DNA from: Eledone cirrhosa
Taxonomy: Eukaryota
Direction of reading: 5' to 3'
Assembly (NCBI GenBank): GCA_964016885.1
Contig: OZ024742.1
Span: 284,394,001 to 284,458,000 of the forward strand
Length of the DNA stretch: 64,000 nt
Part shown: piece by piece, positions 1 through 14,208 of the stretch
Layout: each line of letters opens with the position of its first letter
Numbering within the stretch: position 1 is the first letter of the stretch
The notes under the pieces: generated by a model
Seen by the model: only the letters and a program-made list of their open reading frames with translations
What the model was told of the DNA's origin: nothing
Databases searched by the model: none
Program-made: the position numbers and the translations under genes

Positions 1-990
1 TTTATGAGCATGAAAAAAGAAATATCATTAGAATAGCGACTGATCTGGAGGAGAGATATGGAATAAAGCCTGATATAAATCTCTCACCCAGAGGAATCGG
101 AAGATCCTATTCAATGTTCAAACAGGATGAAAACATTGACCAATTTACAGAAAAAGTTGTGCATGGATACTTGAGACGTAAAACACAAACCATAGAGGGG
201 ATAAACCACTCAAAAAGCCTGGCATGGAGTTCCAACAATTTATGACATCACACCTTGAGGGATATCTCTATGCAATACAGGAACAAGAACTCCCTATCAA
301 ATATCTGCTGCACAAAAGGGGAGGGCCATCAGCTGACAATAAATGTAGGCTATGTAAAACAAAGATCGAGGATGTAAGCCACATTGTTGCCAGCTGCGAA
401 AGAATGTCATCTCGCTACTACCTCCCCATGAGACACGATGGGATAGCTAGAACCATCTGGAACACTCTTCGGAAAACAAAATTAACAACAAATGAGGAAG
501 AATATATTGAGACAGATGGCACTAAGGAATACTGGTGGAACCTGAAAATAAAAACTGCCACCAAATTAAAGCACAACCGGCCTGATATTGTAGTTTGGGA
601 CCACACATTGAAAACGTGTTCTGTTGTGGAGATCAGCTGCCCACTTGTTGTAAACGTTGGCAGAAAAATACAGGAGAAGGAGGACATCTACGGACCATTG
701 ATGAGCAGTTTACAAATCCAGTATCCAAGATACACCTTTAGCTTCATACCCATCATTATTGGAGCTACGGGTTATATACCAACCCGCTTGGACCAAAGTA
801 TGACTGAACTTGGATTTGCTGACAAAGAGAGCAGCTCCCTAATTCATAGTCTACAAATGGCTGCGATAACTGGCACCTTCAAAATTTGCAAAACATTTCT
901 TGCGATTCAAGGGATGACAATTTCTTTTCTTTTACAACCTTGCCACCAGGAAGGTGGCCGGTCAAAAAAATATACTCGAAATTAAGAGAA
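1..990 (+). mobile_element. 3' part of an RLE-type non-LTR retrotransposon (R2/R4/NeSL superfamily, most like R4/Dong), frameshifted
   Basis: ORF 224..985 has a CCHC knuckle (CRLCKTKIEDVSHIVASC), RHD, and PD..D/E..K restriction-like endonuclease motifs (NRPDIVVWD..VVEISCP..KEDIY). An upstream frame (..EKVVHGYL..) joins it via a frameshift near 235. The element ends at a microsatellite. Confidence 0.85.
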
Positions 991-994
991 AGAG

Positions 995-1109
995 ATAACA
1001 TATACATACATACACACATACTGATTTAGGTCGACATAATTGTGGAGCAAGACGTTCAAATAGACATTATATACGGTTCTTTACACATGCACGTCTGATG
1101 TTTACTGCG

Positions 1110-1143
<34 letters not shown>

Positions 1144-1410
1144 TATGTATGTATGCATGTATGTACGTATGTATGTATGTTTGTATGTATGTATGTACAT
1201 ATGTATGTATGCATATATGTATGTATGTATGTATGCATGTATGCATGCATGGATGTATGCATGTATGTATGCATGTATGTATGCATGCATGTATGCATGT
1301 ATGTATGTATATAAGAATGTATGTATGTGTGTATGTATGTATGTACGCATGTATCTATGTATGTACGCATGTATGTGAATACATACGCACACACATGTGT
1401 ATGTATGCAT
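995..1410. repeat. (GT)n/(TATG)n compound microsatellite
   Basis: Direct reading of the sequence. Confidence 0.95.
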
Positions 1411-1700
1411 TGTTTTTCGTAAAAATCAGCTACCAGCCATCAGGAATGACACACTAGAGACAAAATCATATGACACAGACACGACTTAGTTTCCTAGATC
1501 ACGACCAAAACAGTCACTCGTCTGATTTTTTTCATTCTTTTTTTTTTTTTTTTTAAAAGACACACAAAGAAAAAACAACAAAAAACCAACAAACAATCAA
1601 ACAAAAATCAAAAGCTACACGACTGAAATCCCTTAAGACCGCCAGAAATGCCAGCCAACACTGATATTCAACTACTCCTGTCACCATTGTCAAATAGCAA

Positions 1701-1756
<56 letters not shown>

Positions 1757-2009
1757 TATTTTTAAAAAATAAAGAAATAGAATTGAAAAAATTGAAACTA
1801 AATAAGTTCCACAACAATATCAAACTTAACAAAAGTCCTCCTGAGACATTATCCCACAGACCTATTACATTATTTTTTGTTCTCCTTTGAAAATATTTCA
1901 AAGACTCCGTTCTTTTTTCTACTACACAATCAACACTCAACCATCCAAACATCACACACCACCAGCTCTGCTCACAAGCTGAAGCTGCAACACGATTCTA
2001 GATCTCTCT

Positions 2010-2375
<366 letters not shown>

Positions 2376-3059
2376 ATCAACAAAGTTATCTCGAATATCA
2401 AGTTTGAAGCGCGAGTGTATTAGAATTCGCAGAATAATGGGAAGAACTCAACGCAAGGAAGTTGTTAAAACAGCAAAATGCCACCAATGACAGCGTCGGG
2501 TAAAATTTACCTAAAAAAACCAGAAACCAGCGGCTAGAAGTGTGTTGACCCGCAGAAGTGATAGGAAGAAAGGAGAAAAGGAAGAAAGAAGATCACATAA
2601 ACATTTAAATACACTCATCAGCTTTTAGACAGTCTGTGCTTTCGACGATTTAACTAAAAGCACCACGTAAAATAGACGGCTCGTGAAACGGAGAATTAAA
2701 TATCTCTGTTGGTATGATGTTTGTGTGAGGAACGAACACATTAGATAAGCAGACAGACAGGTCAGAGAGAGAAAAAAATAAAATGTTGTCCACTCGGTAT
2801 CAGAAAAAGCAACAAAAAAGACTCTGGCTGTGGAGGTGGTAGTAAGCGGAAGTGACGAGTAAGAGCGGCGGTTTGGAGAAGGGAGAAGCCAGAAGGAGAA
2901 TGAGAGATAAAAGAAAAAGACAACACATAAACGAGAGTAAGAAGAGGAAGAAACAGAAAAATTTGGGGTAGAGAAAGCACGTGTGTGTTTAGTCAGCTAT
3001 TTTGAGGAAGTGCCTACTATAAATATATCATTTGATCTCACTTTCAATATCTTACCGGT

Positions 3060-3195
3060 AAGATGGCGAATTGACAGAGTCGTTAGAGTATCGGTATTTG
3101 TTCTTGCTGTCTCTGCTCTAAATTCAAATCCTGCCGAAGTCAAATTTACCTCTCAGCCTTGCGAGGTTGATAAATAATAATAAAGTACCGGTCCA
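3060..3195 (+). mobile_element. Old tRNA-derived SINE copy (a second partial copy lies at ~3555-3672)
   Basis: Head GGCGAATTGACAGAGTCGTTAGAG, B-box-like TTCAAATCC, and a degenerate core ..GAGGTTGATAAA..AAGTACC shared with the other copies. Confidence 0.65.
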
Positions 3196-5989
3196 GCGTG
3201 GTGAATTAGCGTTTAAGTGTCGCATGAGATACCGTGTAGTAACTTTTACGCCTTTGTGCGTTCTGAGTGCATATTCTGCTTCTTGTAAATATGGTGATAT
3301 GATGCTCCCAAAAGGCCTAGTGTGAGATATAACTTCATGGGAGGTTACTGAAACCCAATCCAAAGAGGGATCCGTAAATATCTAATGTTCTTCATCTCTC
3401 TTTCTCACTCTAAAAAAAAAAAAAAAAAAAAAAATACGCTTAACCATTTCATATTTTGAGAGATTTCCTTCGATCAAGAACCTGAAAACAGTCTTGCCCC
3501 ACTTTAAAAATCTCTTTTAGAAGCCTTGGACTTCATTAGTATTGTATAGTCAACTCAAGCTTGGCAATCTTAGTTTTACAGTGCTACTTGTGTTCAAATC
3601 CCATCGAGGTCAGCTTTACTTTCATCCTTTCGAGGTCAATAAATAAAGTACCAGTAAGGTGCTGGGGTCGATACTGTTTTTCTCTGGAAGAAATTAGCTG
3701 TGTTTAGATCTTGAGAAGTATAGGCTTTATTACGTTTATATGAACCCCTACGCCACCATCGAGAACTAAGAGTCCATGAATGGACAGTGCTACTACAGCT
3801 TAAAGTGTCGAATTGTTTTTACTCCATCTCTCGTCATTTCATTCCATAATAAATTGGACATTAGCTTACAGTGAACCCGCATCTAATGTGGTCAATTTGC
3901 CGCCTCCAATCACTCTGCCGTGTTATTTAAAAACCGCATATGTCCAAGACACTTATATAAAGGTACCTATGTACGTTGCTGTTTTAGAGGAAGCATAACG
4001 TCAGGTTCTCTGGAGGTTGAGAAGACTTAGGAAAAAAAAGCGTTAACGGAAGAGGTTTAGAGTGTTCTCTCTTACATCAAATGATACGTTTTCAGGTGTA
4101 ACGGGACGTTAAGAGTTTTGCAACCTTTTAAAAATGTTTTCAAAATAGCATTTTTCGACCGTGTTCAAAACCACACTGTTTAAAACTTCGTAATATGCAG
4201 GACCCACTGTACTTAATATAGCAAGAATTTTAAATCAATTAAAATTACACCTTTCATGATGAGAACAGCATTTTTTTAAATTTGCCAAATCTCCTTCATA
4301 TCACACCTTAAATCCTAAATAAAATAGAAGATATTGGACAATGCATTTCTTGGTGTAAAAATAATTATGGGATAGTAAAGGCGAGAATGCCATTGATAAT
4401 TGGTTAGCATCGTCGCGGTTCACATATGGTTAAAAACTTCGCGTATTTGTATGGTAATTGATTCTGAGACTAAAGCGTTATATACAGCATCACCGAAGCA
4501 CTCGAACAAATCAAGGAACGAACCTCAGTGTGGGTGTTCGACCTAATGAAACAGCCAAATCACCATCAAGTAACACCGCATTAAACAAAAAAAAGTATTC
4601 TCACGTTTCTGGGTTTTTTTATTTTTTTTTATTTTACAAACAAACCCAACGAAAACCACAAGTGCGCGCACCGACATACACAATCATTTCACACGTTCGC
4701 AAACATTGAGGAAGACTTCAATGTACTCAACAGTATAAAACTAAATATATATCCTAAACATGTAATACTAATACACAAACATTTATTTTACCAAACCAAC
4801 TGCAACATTTTCTCCCGAGACATCACTTTCTCTTTCACACACCGAACTATTTCTGCTACATGTAGACCACCTACTAATTATCTTCGCAACACACTCACAC
4901 ATAAAGGAAGAAAACGAAAACACTTTTACAAACTTCAAAAAAGCCCAATGGGACAAATTCTACAAAGAAACAGAATCAAGGCTTTTAGAATGCAACAGCA
5001 CCACAGCTACTAGCACTGATGTTGCAGTACATATGTACATTCAACAAGATAATTATAGACGCATCAAAAATGTATCCCACAAAGCAATATAAAAAAATAA
5101 AACCAGAATCAGATATACACGAATCTCATAAAAGAACAGAGACACAATACACCAACGCCACACACATCGAAATAAAATCCAGTACCATACAACTAAACAA
5201 GGAAATAATGGAGAAAATAAACTACCAGTATGGCGATTGGCGGGAACCAGAACTAAGAAGATTCCCACAGTCATCAGAAACCTGTTAGCTGTCTATCTAT
5301 CCACCCAGGTCTTATTTCCATCAAAATGAAAACGGTGGCCCAGAGACAACGATATCTATCTTAGGTATCTATAGATAAAAATATTTGTGCGATCCTACAG
5401 ATCGGATTCTATAAAAGTATACTCGTTTATTTCAATTATCCATGAAACGGGCCGAACTAGATTGGAGGGGACAGTGACTAATCCAAAGAAAAAGCAGGTA
5501 AACCAATGCCAGATGAAAGGAGGTCAGCTACGGAGAGCACAGAGTTTATTTTGTAAAATGAACTCAACGCTGCCACAACATAAGACAAAGGAAGCCGTTC
5601 AGTCTCTATTGGGTGGAATAAAAAGGAATATTCTATGTACATCAAGAACAAATAAGCACATGATAAAAGAAGAAATCGAAAATCTCTTTCCAGTCCGCGA
5701 AAACTTGCTCAACCAAAAGATGCTGATCACTTTAAACATTTTCACGAAATAGCTTGTGAGTTAGTTAAACAGTATCTCCACCAAATCATTGATGAGTTGC
5801 TTCCAAGTGAGCCGAATCTTAAAGTCAAAGAAACTTAGAAGTTTGTAACGAAAAACGCAGGAGTAAAGAACTTAAAAGAGTAAGTCCAAGACCCAGCAAC
5901 GTTCTGGCCTCATGACAAACTTCATCACGTATATATATAGAACAGACACATGTGAGAGAAAAACTAAAGCTAAGAGCAATGAACAAACA

Positions 5990-6215
5990 TAGTTGTCGAA
6001 GTATCGGTTGCTCTCTGATAGGCTTGTGGTCGAACCTGTGGCAGTAGAGACTTCCCGCGTTCTTGGCCCACAGACCACATACCTATCTCTACTCATTGCT
6101 ATTGTGGTTGAGTTGGCTACCCGCAAGAACGAGGCCTGCGAGTTAGAGTGGCTATTCCTGCAAGTCTTCCTCGCCATCCTCCGGAGCAATGTCTTCTCCA
6201 TTCTATCCAGTGCCG
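5990..6215 (+). mobile_element. C-terminal RLE fragment of a CRE-clade non-LTR retrotransposon
   Basis: SKYRLLSDRLVVEPVAVETSRVLGP...WLFLQVFLAILRSNVFSIL matches the KY..PxAVETxGxxG..QRxSxAIxRGN end of CRE-type ORFs. Confidence 0.7.
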
Positions 6216-6565
6216 GATTTACCATGGTGCTTAGGGTGTGCTTAAACACAGGGCCCTATTGCTGGTGTGTGTGTGTGTGGGGGGGGGGGTCTTCCTTAAA
6301 CAAAAAATGATTATGAATTGTTCAAATGTTTGGGGCATCATGACTTATCTAGCCTCATTTGTCCTACTAAATCCGGCACTGATTCTATCCTGTGGGGCCA
6401 CGAGGTGAACTAACCCTAAAACAGTGAGTAGCAAACATTGGCTGTTTTTATTTGTCGTCAACATATAATTTATAACCACAATAATATCAACAGCAATGCC
6501 CGTGCAGTTACTTACATGATCGGACAGGTCATAATTGCATCGAGTTTGATGTAGTGGTTGTATAG

Positions 6566-6670
6566 ATAATTGTTTCTATTTTGGGCACAAGGCCAGCAAA
6601 TTAACCAGTACATTACTGGTACTTTATTTTATCGACCCTGTAAGAATGAAAGGCAAAGTTAACCTCGGAA
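6566..6670 (-). mobile_element. 5'-truncated young SINE
   Basis: Reverse complement of the GTTAACTTTGCCTTTCAT..GGGTCGATAAAATAAAGTACCAG..AGAAACAATTA 3' half. Confidence 0.85.
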
Positions 6671-7198
6671 AGTAAAGTATATTCTCTGGTGTGGGCTAAA
6701 AGAACTGGGTTATTACTTAGTAGCATCAATAAAATTTGTACTCTACCCACAAGTATTGAGTGTTCATTCAGTCAATGTTTGATTATTTTAAGTACTACAT
6801 TTTAAACACCCATCTTAATATATATGTGTGTGTTTATTTTATATATATATATATATCAGAATGGAGGCGGTAAAAACCAGTTAGACCATTACACACCAGA
6901 GTACTCGATACTTGGGGTTGAGACGGCCAGAGCTCAGCCCTCGGGGTCCTGAATTCTTTCATATATATATTCCGAACATAAAACGTCTCGGATCACGAAT
7001 GGTGTCTCGGGTTATGAACACACAAGCCGGCAACAATAATTGACAATAAGCTTGGAGTATCGGCGGGAAAGCGTCAGTTGCTGTGTAGTTGGTTACTATG
7101 GTGATATCTATCTGTCTTGCCCACACAGTCTCTTTCTCGCTGTATTTTTCAACATTTCGTATGAGAAAAACAGTTTCGGTGCGCGAACATTTCGGTTC

Positions 7199-7303
<105 letters not shown>

Positions 7304-7658
7304 TCACACACACGCACACATATATATATATATAAAGACCGACAAAGGAAGACAGGTGACAAATATGACATCTATGTGGTACGTTAAAGATGTATTGTTC
7401 CTGTCCTAGCTGTGTGTGTGTGTGTGTGTGTGCGTGCATGTGTGTTTACTCACACGCAAACATACACCCACATATGCATGAAAGTATGTATAACTTATGC
7501 GGTATGTATAGTGACATATATTCAGATGTGTGTACTCGTTATCCACTGCTTGTATTTAAAAGTTGACATGGGAGTCACTCATTACCCATGCTATTTGTTC
7601 ATATGAGTGAGTGAAGGGTGAAAGGCCATGTGTAAATGTATGTATGTATATATATATG

Positions 7659-7696
<38 letters not shown>

Positions 7697-8759
7697 AGAC
7701 ATACATACATATATGTAGACGCACATACATTACACATAAATACGCATACTTGTATATGCTGGTACACACATACACACTTGTAGAACGATTGACATGCGCG
7801 CACACACACACGTTCGCGTACTTATGGCGGACCACACACAGACTAGTGGTGATGTTGGTGGTGGTGGTGTTGTCGGTGGTGGTGATAAAGGTGGTAGTAC
7901 GGATGCGATGAAGGTGATATTAGCCATGCTGCTGCTGATCATAAGGTTATTAGTGGTCTACATGGTGGTTGTGGTGCTGGTGGTGGTGGTGGGTAGTGTT
8001 TATGAAGGTGTTAACAAACTGTAGTTCTGTGTGAAAAATCGGTTTGGGCTGGTTTATATACACTTGTGGTTATGGTTTAGCCCCAGGCCAGCTCTGATGA
8101 AGTAGATCTGTGATCAAAAGGCATTCAATCCATGATCATTACATTTTTGTTTCTGTTTTTCAAATTGCTTACGGGTTCATATTAACCAATGTGTTGTGTC
8201 TGTCTACCTTTGGGGAGTGATTTAAGGGAGTTTAGCTACTATTTCCAGCAGCTCGAACGACAACGTAGTTTCATACGTTGTTTTTTCTCTGTGTGTAGGA
8301 AATAGAGAGAGTGTGTGTGTGTGTGTGTGTGACGGAGCGAGGGACCGAGAGAGAGACAGAGAAAGAAAGGGGGAAGGGAAAAGAAAGAAAGAAAAAAGAA
8401 AGAAAGAAAGAGAAAAGGAAACAAAGGAAAAAGGAAAGAAAGTGATAGGGGAAGCTTGGGCTATCGACATACAGATAGAGAGGTGCGTGTGTTTCTCGAT
8501 CGGTTTAACACCACCATTCAGCACATTTACCGGAATTCGCTCTTTTGCAAGTATTCGGGCCATGTCACCGGCTTGAGGACACCTACTGCCCTTCTCCCAG
8601 TCCCGGAGGACTTGAAAGACTAGAAAGGTGTCATGGGCACTGCTCTCCCCTTCTTGACTTAACAATAATAAATAAATAAATAGATAAATAAATAATAAAA
8701 TAAAATATATTATTGGCATATTTAGTTATGTTACTAAGTGATTAGTAGTAATTACATGC

Positions 8760-10115
8760 GCAAACGACAGGGCAGCGGGTGGAGGCCGAAAGAGTCTACG
8801 GTGGATTCGCAGCGACATTTGTGCGGCTTGCAGATCCGGAGGCCAAGCCACAGGGAAACCCCGATTTACAGACTATCATTATCCAGCTATGTGTCAGTCG
8901 AAAAGGAGGGTAAGGCATTGAGCCCAGGCACCGATGTGAGGTTGCGAGGTCGAGCGAAAACATATGAGGAGGTGCTGGTCGAACTGGCGCGCTAGCCTGT
9001 CCGAGGCCATGTCACACTGGATTGCATCCCATATGCTCTGGGGGGATTGGACGTCTACAGGGGGAAGTTGAGGAGGGATGTCTACTGGGCGGAGCCCGAG
9101 CCGGTTCCAAGTCTCGTAGACAGCCTCACGTTCCTCGATCACAGTGGGTTCCGTTGTGTTCTGGAGAGCCCTGTTGATGAGGACACGGCAAGGTGTTATT
9201 GACGAAAGAAGCGGCGACAAGGCCAGCGAGACCGGAGACCAAGGCAACCGTTTCTAACAGGTAAGGTGGCCTGTTATCATCCCAAGTCGCCAAACCTAAC
9301 GTTACATATCTCTTCAGCTGCCACTCGGATACATGTATCGAGATCAGCGAGGAGAGATGCGTGATGCTAGCAATGAGCGTGTAGAGGAGCATCGGCATAT
9401 CGAAGCAGTTCCTTAACAGGAAGAGGGCTGGATGGGCGTAAATCATGCCCAGTCTGCTCGTGAGGGACGTGAGCCTGGACCTGAAGGTGAGGCGGATGGC
9501 CGGCGGGAGGATCGGTGACCCGAGAATGAGGACATCCTCTTTCTGGGCCACCTGCACTTGGCAAAGAATGGATCGCACATCTGAGACGGAGGCTGCAAAG
9601 CTCTTAGCATCGTGGTTGACATTCACCACCTCCAAATTGGACGAGTTGACCCCCAAGGCCGATTCTCGCCAGAGCAGGAATCACCGATCGCATGTTGTGG
9701 CAGACAGTCTCCACGGGTCCGCCCAACGTGGCATCATCCAGGTACCAAACGTTGAAAGAGGCCGTGATGTTCCGAGTAATGTGGTTTATACCGAGAGCAA
9801 AGAGGAGAGGGCCCAAAGGGTCACCTTGTTGAACCCTAGTGGCTAAAGGTATAACTGTGTCAGCAGCAATGAGTATGCTCGGGACTCCATATGAGAGGTA
9901 GGCCAGCGGGTAGGCAAAGGAAGCTCGGCTAAGGCAGGCCTCGAGCAGATGGTCACGGCGAAGGCAGTTAAAGACATTCCTCATATCAAGCTTAACAATG
10001 AAGTGCCTGACGTCCCTCGACGTCGGTCCTGGTGGGCAGCTGCTGAAGAACTGCCTAGCTCCATATGCGGCCACCTCACACCCACCGTCGGTTCCGACGA
10101 TGAGTGTTCCCATTA
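8760..10115 (-). mobile_element. CRE-clade non-LTR retrotransposon remnant (RT to zinc knuckle), several frameshifts
   Basis: GGCEVAAY, VKLDMRNVFN, VQQGDPLGPLLF and WYLDDATLGG in ORF 9604..10113. LGSPI..ALFLLRNCF follows, then SQPHIGAW and LGLRICKPHKCRCESTVDSFGLHPLPCR (CCHC) near 8765-8865. Confidence 0.9.
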
Positions 10116-11689
10116 TTCAAACAGCCTGCTCATGGAACTGGTCCCCAAGTGGCTGAGCATTCCACAGACACGTAAACAATCATAAGGTCCCGATTTCGAT
10201 CCCATTTTGTGGTATCATGGGCATGTGTCATTTACCATAGCTTCGGGTCAACACATGTGTTATGAGTGAAACTGGGTAGCAGAAACCAGATGGTGGTGGT
10301 ATTAAACCAACGGATTAAGTTTGGCCACTCAAGATCCAGAAGTCAAAGAGCCGGATAAAATACCGCCAACTATGTTCTCTGACGCTCTAACAGTTTTGTC
10401 AATCCATTGCTCTTGGACTGATACGTTATTTTATCGACCCCGAAAGGGATAAAGCTGACTCAAAGAGCAGGGAACCGTAACAAATACCGCTCTAATGACT
10501 GCTAATTCGTGCGTTAGCTCCAGACCAACCCTGATTGACTAAAGCGATGATAGAAAACATGGCAGCCGTGACTATCTCACCTCCTCCCCCAGACAGTGTA
10601 TCTAGGACGACATTATCCAATACAACTTTTTCCTTTCTTTCTTTTTTTTTTCTAAGAGAAACTTTTCAGGGATAATTTGGTGCTATTTCTAGGCGGTCAA
10701 GTGATCACATAGAATCTCCCCTTCCCTAGTGACTAAAACTCCTTATTTATTTTACACAGTTATGACCCTTATATGTTCTGAATTCATATCACGCCGAGGT
10801 TTCATTCTGCATTTCATTCTTCTGGGTCGGATGCGGGGAAGGTAGTGTCAGAACCTAAATTACCAGTTAAATATTAGGCGATGTGTTATTCCTATAATAC
10901 GTCCTAAATGTGAATGGAATTATAATAGAATATCTGAAAGTGTTATGTAGCAGGTTTTATAAGATAAACATGAATGTACAAACCGTGGTATCTAAAAAAA
11001 TAGTTTCAGGTCCCAAGATTACATTCGCTATATAGTGTCTGCCTGCTTTATGAATGTGTTTGTGTTTCTATGTAAGAATGTTTGTGTGAATGTGTGTTTC
11101 TGTGCGTATGTGTGTGTGCATGTGTATGTGTGTTTCCCAGATTGTTTGTGTGTGGTGGTGTTTATATGATGACTTGCGTGTGTTTCTTCTTCGCCTCTCA
11201 ATGTATATTTAAGTGTGTGGATGTATATGTGTGTGTTCATTACTACTCAGATCTCTTCTGTGTTTCTTTGTGAGTGTATTGTGTATGTGTGTGTATGTGT
11301 TGTTTTTCTGTGTCTATCGTCTTTTGAGCGCTTTTGCAATGTTCTCTCTATGTAAGTATCTTCCATTCTTCGTGTGTGTGTGTTTATTTGTGTGAGAATG
11401 TATTTGTGTACTCGAGTGTGCGACCGTGTGTGTGTGTATGTGTGTGCGTGTCTTCCTCTACTTTTCAGTTTTTTTATCTGGTGCTATATGTATGTATGTG
11501 CGTGTACGTATTTTTGCGAGTGCGTTTAGGAATGTTAGGAAAGCGCCATAGCAACAGTAGGGGGTAGGAGATAATCAGTGTTTGAGAGAGTAAGAGAAAA
11601 ACAGAGAGGGAGGGAAGGAGTGAGAAAACGGCTGCCCACCCACGTTGAGCTCTCCTCCCTTCCACTCCTCGGGCTATTTGGATAGCTAC

Positions 11690-11950
11690 ATGGTGGGTTG
11701 CAGTGATGATGGCGATGATAATGGTGATGTGGTGGTGGTGGTGCTGCTGGTGGAAGTTATGGTGGTGATGATGGTGGTAGAGGTAGTGCTGGTAGTGATG
11801 GAGGTGGTGGTCATGAAAGTGGTGGTGGTGGATTGTGGTAGTGCTGATGGTGGAGATGGTGATGGTGGTGTTGGTGATGGCGGTGGTAGTGGTGGTGGTT
11901 GTGGCGGTGGTGCTGGTGGAGGATGATAGGGATGCTGGTGGTGGTGTGGC
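11690..11950. repeat. (GGT/GAT)n trinucleotide low-complexity tract
   Basis: Direct reading of the sequence. Confidence 0.9.
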
Positions 11951-12463
11951 GGTGAATGAGAGCAGAGTAAATGCTTTGTTTGGACGTGTATGTGTGTGTG
12001 GAACCGGGTTGATATGCACTGACTTATACACATACATACACACACACAGACACACATACATATATGTATGTATTTATATACATATACATATATGTGTGTG
12101 TGTGTGTATGCGATATATGATACGTGTATGTATGTAAGTGGTGTCTGTAGTGTGTGTACGTGTGTTGAGTTTAGAAGATCATAGAAAGCAGGGGAGGGCA
12201 GAAAAAAAGAGAGGAAGTAAAGAACTAATGGATGAATTTCAGAAAAAATCTTAGAACAATACAAAGAACACTAACTACTTTTACACACTCTCAAACACAC
12301 ACACACACACACACACATGCACGCACATACATACATACTAACATAGATCCATACACACACACATACATACATACATTCACACACACACACACATATAGAT
12401 ACATACATACATACATACATACAAATATATATAAATATATATATTATTTTCAAACTTATTTGG

Positions 12464-12515
<52 letters not shown>

Positions 12516-12704
12516 ATACATACAAACATATTTATGATGGGTACTATATATATGTGTGTGTATATATATATACACCGTGTACACAAATATGTATGCTTGT
12601 CATTTTTCTGTATAATAGAATATTTAAACAGTTCCTGCATTGAGCCATTTTTTTTTCAGTGAAATTTACTTGCTGTGTATTAATTCTTTTACTCTTTGTG
12701 AAAA

Positions 12705-13190
12705 CGCTTGGCTTAGTGGTTATCTTTAGCTCATGATTGTGATTTCGATTCCCAGCCGTGCATTGTGTCCTTAAGCATTATTTTACCTGGCAGTATCGGT
12801 AGAGGGTCGGATGCCATGCTTTGACGCATAGAGTTATGGCCCTTGCCATTCTGAGTTCAAATCCCGCCGAGGTTAACTTTGCCTTCCATCCTTACGGGGT
12901 CGATAAAATAAAGTACCAGTAATGCACTGAGTAATTTTTGGTTTTGTGCCAAAAGTAGAAACAATTATTTTACCTTGCTCCACTTCACTCAACAGGCAGA
13001 AATGAGTTGTACCTGTAATTCAAAGAGCCAGCCATGTCACACACTGTATCACACTGAATCTCCCTGGGAACTACGTTAAAGTGTGCACGTGTCTGTGGAA
13101 TAATCAGCCAGTTGCATGTCATTTACAAGAGCAGGATGTTCTGTTCTATAAATAACTGGGGCACTCTTGGCTTAGTCAGAGCGGGAAGGA
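12705..13190 (+). mobile_element. Older tRNA-head SINE (second family) interrupted by a young SINE
   Basis: Head TGGCTTAGTGGTTA..TTCGATTCCC, then GCATTGTGTCCTTAAGC; the body resumes after 12975. Confidence 0.6.
12788..12968 (+). mobile_element. Young SINE nested in the older SINE
   Basis: Near-consensus copy flanked by duplicated TTATTTTACCT. Confidence 0.9.
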
Positions 13191-13271
13191 CTATACTATA
13201 TATATATATGTGTGTGTGTGTTTGTGTGTGTGTGTGTATAGTAGTTTGGTAAAGCTATCCAAGGTATAGAG

Positions 13272-13753
13272 CAGGGGTTCTCAAACTTTTGGGGCCACCG
13301 TCCCCCTCACGGCCACGTAATATCCTCAACGCCCCTCATCCCTATGTCAAGAGAAACCTGCCTACATGCAAATTGTAAATAATATATAATAAATAATTAT
13401 TTCTACTTCTGGCACAAGGCCAGCAATTATCCCAGTGCATTACTGGTACTTTATTTCATCGACCTCGTAAGGATGAAAGGCAAAGTTAACCTCGGCGGGA
13501 TATGAACTCAGAATGGCAAGGGCCGTAACTCTTTGCTGCAAAGAATGGCGTCCGACCGATACTGCCAAATAAATAATATAATAATATACTATCTATAAAT
13601 AAATATATATTTTTCATTTTACTATATTTATATATATATATCATTTAATATTTAATATACTAGCAACCCACTAGGCCCTACCGTGCACTGGACTTTCTCA
13701 ACGCCCCAGGGGCGGGCATGGGGGGTGGTAGCGCCCACTTTTGAGAACCTCTG
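13272..13753. mobile_element. hAT (Buster/Charlie-type) MITE containing a SINE (13395-13567, minus)
   Basis: TIRs CAGGGGTTCTCAAA / TTTGAGAACCTCTG; 8-bp TSD GTATAGAG on both sides. Confidence 0.9.
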
Positions 13754-13795
13754 GTATAGAGCAACTCAAGCCCGTAGGGCGAGTTTTATATGATG

Positions 13796-13941
13796 ATTAA
13801 GGCCACTTACTACTACGGCACCATACCAACTTGTTAATCCTGTGCTGATTCATTTTCCTCGGTACAAGTTGAACAAGTTGGTCCTCCAGACTAACGAAAC
13901 TTACGTCCTTGGTATGGCACCTTTGTAGTAACTGGCCTTAA

Positions 13942-13942
<1 letters not shown>
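13796..13942. mobile_element. Short MITE-like foldback
   Basis: Imperfect ~34-bp inverted repeats ATTAAGGCCACTTACTAC..CCATACCAA / TTGGTATGG..GTAGTAACTGGCCTTAAT. Confidence 0.6.
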
Positions 13943-13976
<34 letters not shown>

Positions 13977-13989
13977 GCAAGCGGTGGGA

Positions 13990-14035
13990 GGGACCGTCCT
14001 GACGATGGCCAGTTAAGCCTGAAATGCATAGTCCC
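13990..14035 (+). ncRNA. Type I hammerhead ribozyme motif, stem I damaged
   Basis: GGGACCGTC-CTGACGA-TGGC cagttaa GCCT-GAAA-TGCA-TA-GTCCC. The core boxes are intact and stem III is palindromic. The 3' strand of stem I lacks 4 nt (GACG). Confidence 0.6.
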
Positions 14036-14117
14036 CCCCCCCCCCCCACTCTCAAGAGCGTGAAACTAATAAACCTTTGTTTATACTGCCTCTCTGTTTT
14101 TGTTCCCGTTCCAGTTT

Positions 14118-14154
<37 letters not shown>

Positions 14155-14208
14155 CGTTTCTGAATTTGTTTAGCAAGATTCTTTATCTGAAAATGTGTGT
14201 TGAAACCG

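Noticed and set aside
5225-5280. Minus-strand CTGATGA followed by a 9-bp hairpin
   Set aside because: No GAAA box or stems I/III; at best a heavily decayed hammerhead.
11540-11556. CCATAGCAAC as an RFX X-box
   Set aside because: Only a half site, with no supported promoter context.
12788-12870. tRNA-like A/B boxes as real tRNA genes
   Set aside because: They are SINE heads followed by the SINE core and tail; there is no complete cloverleaf.
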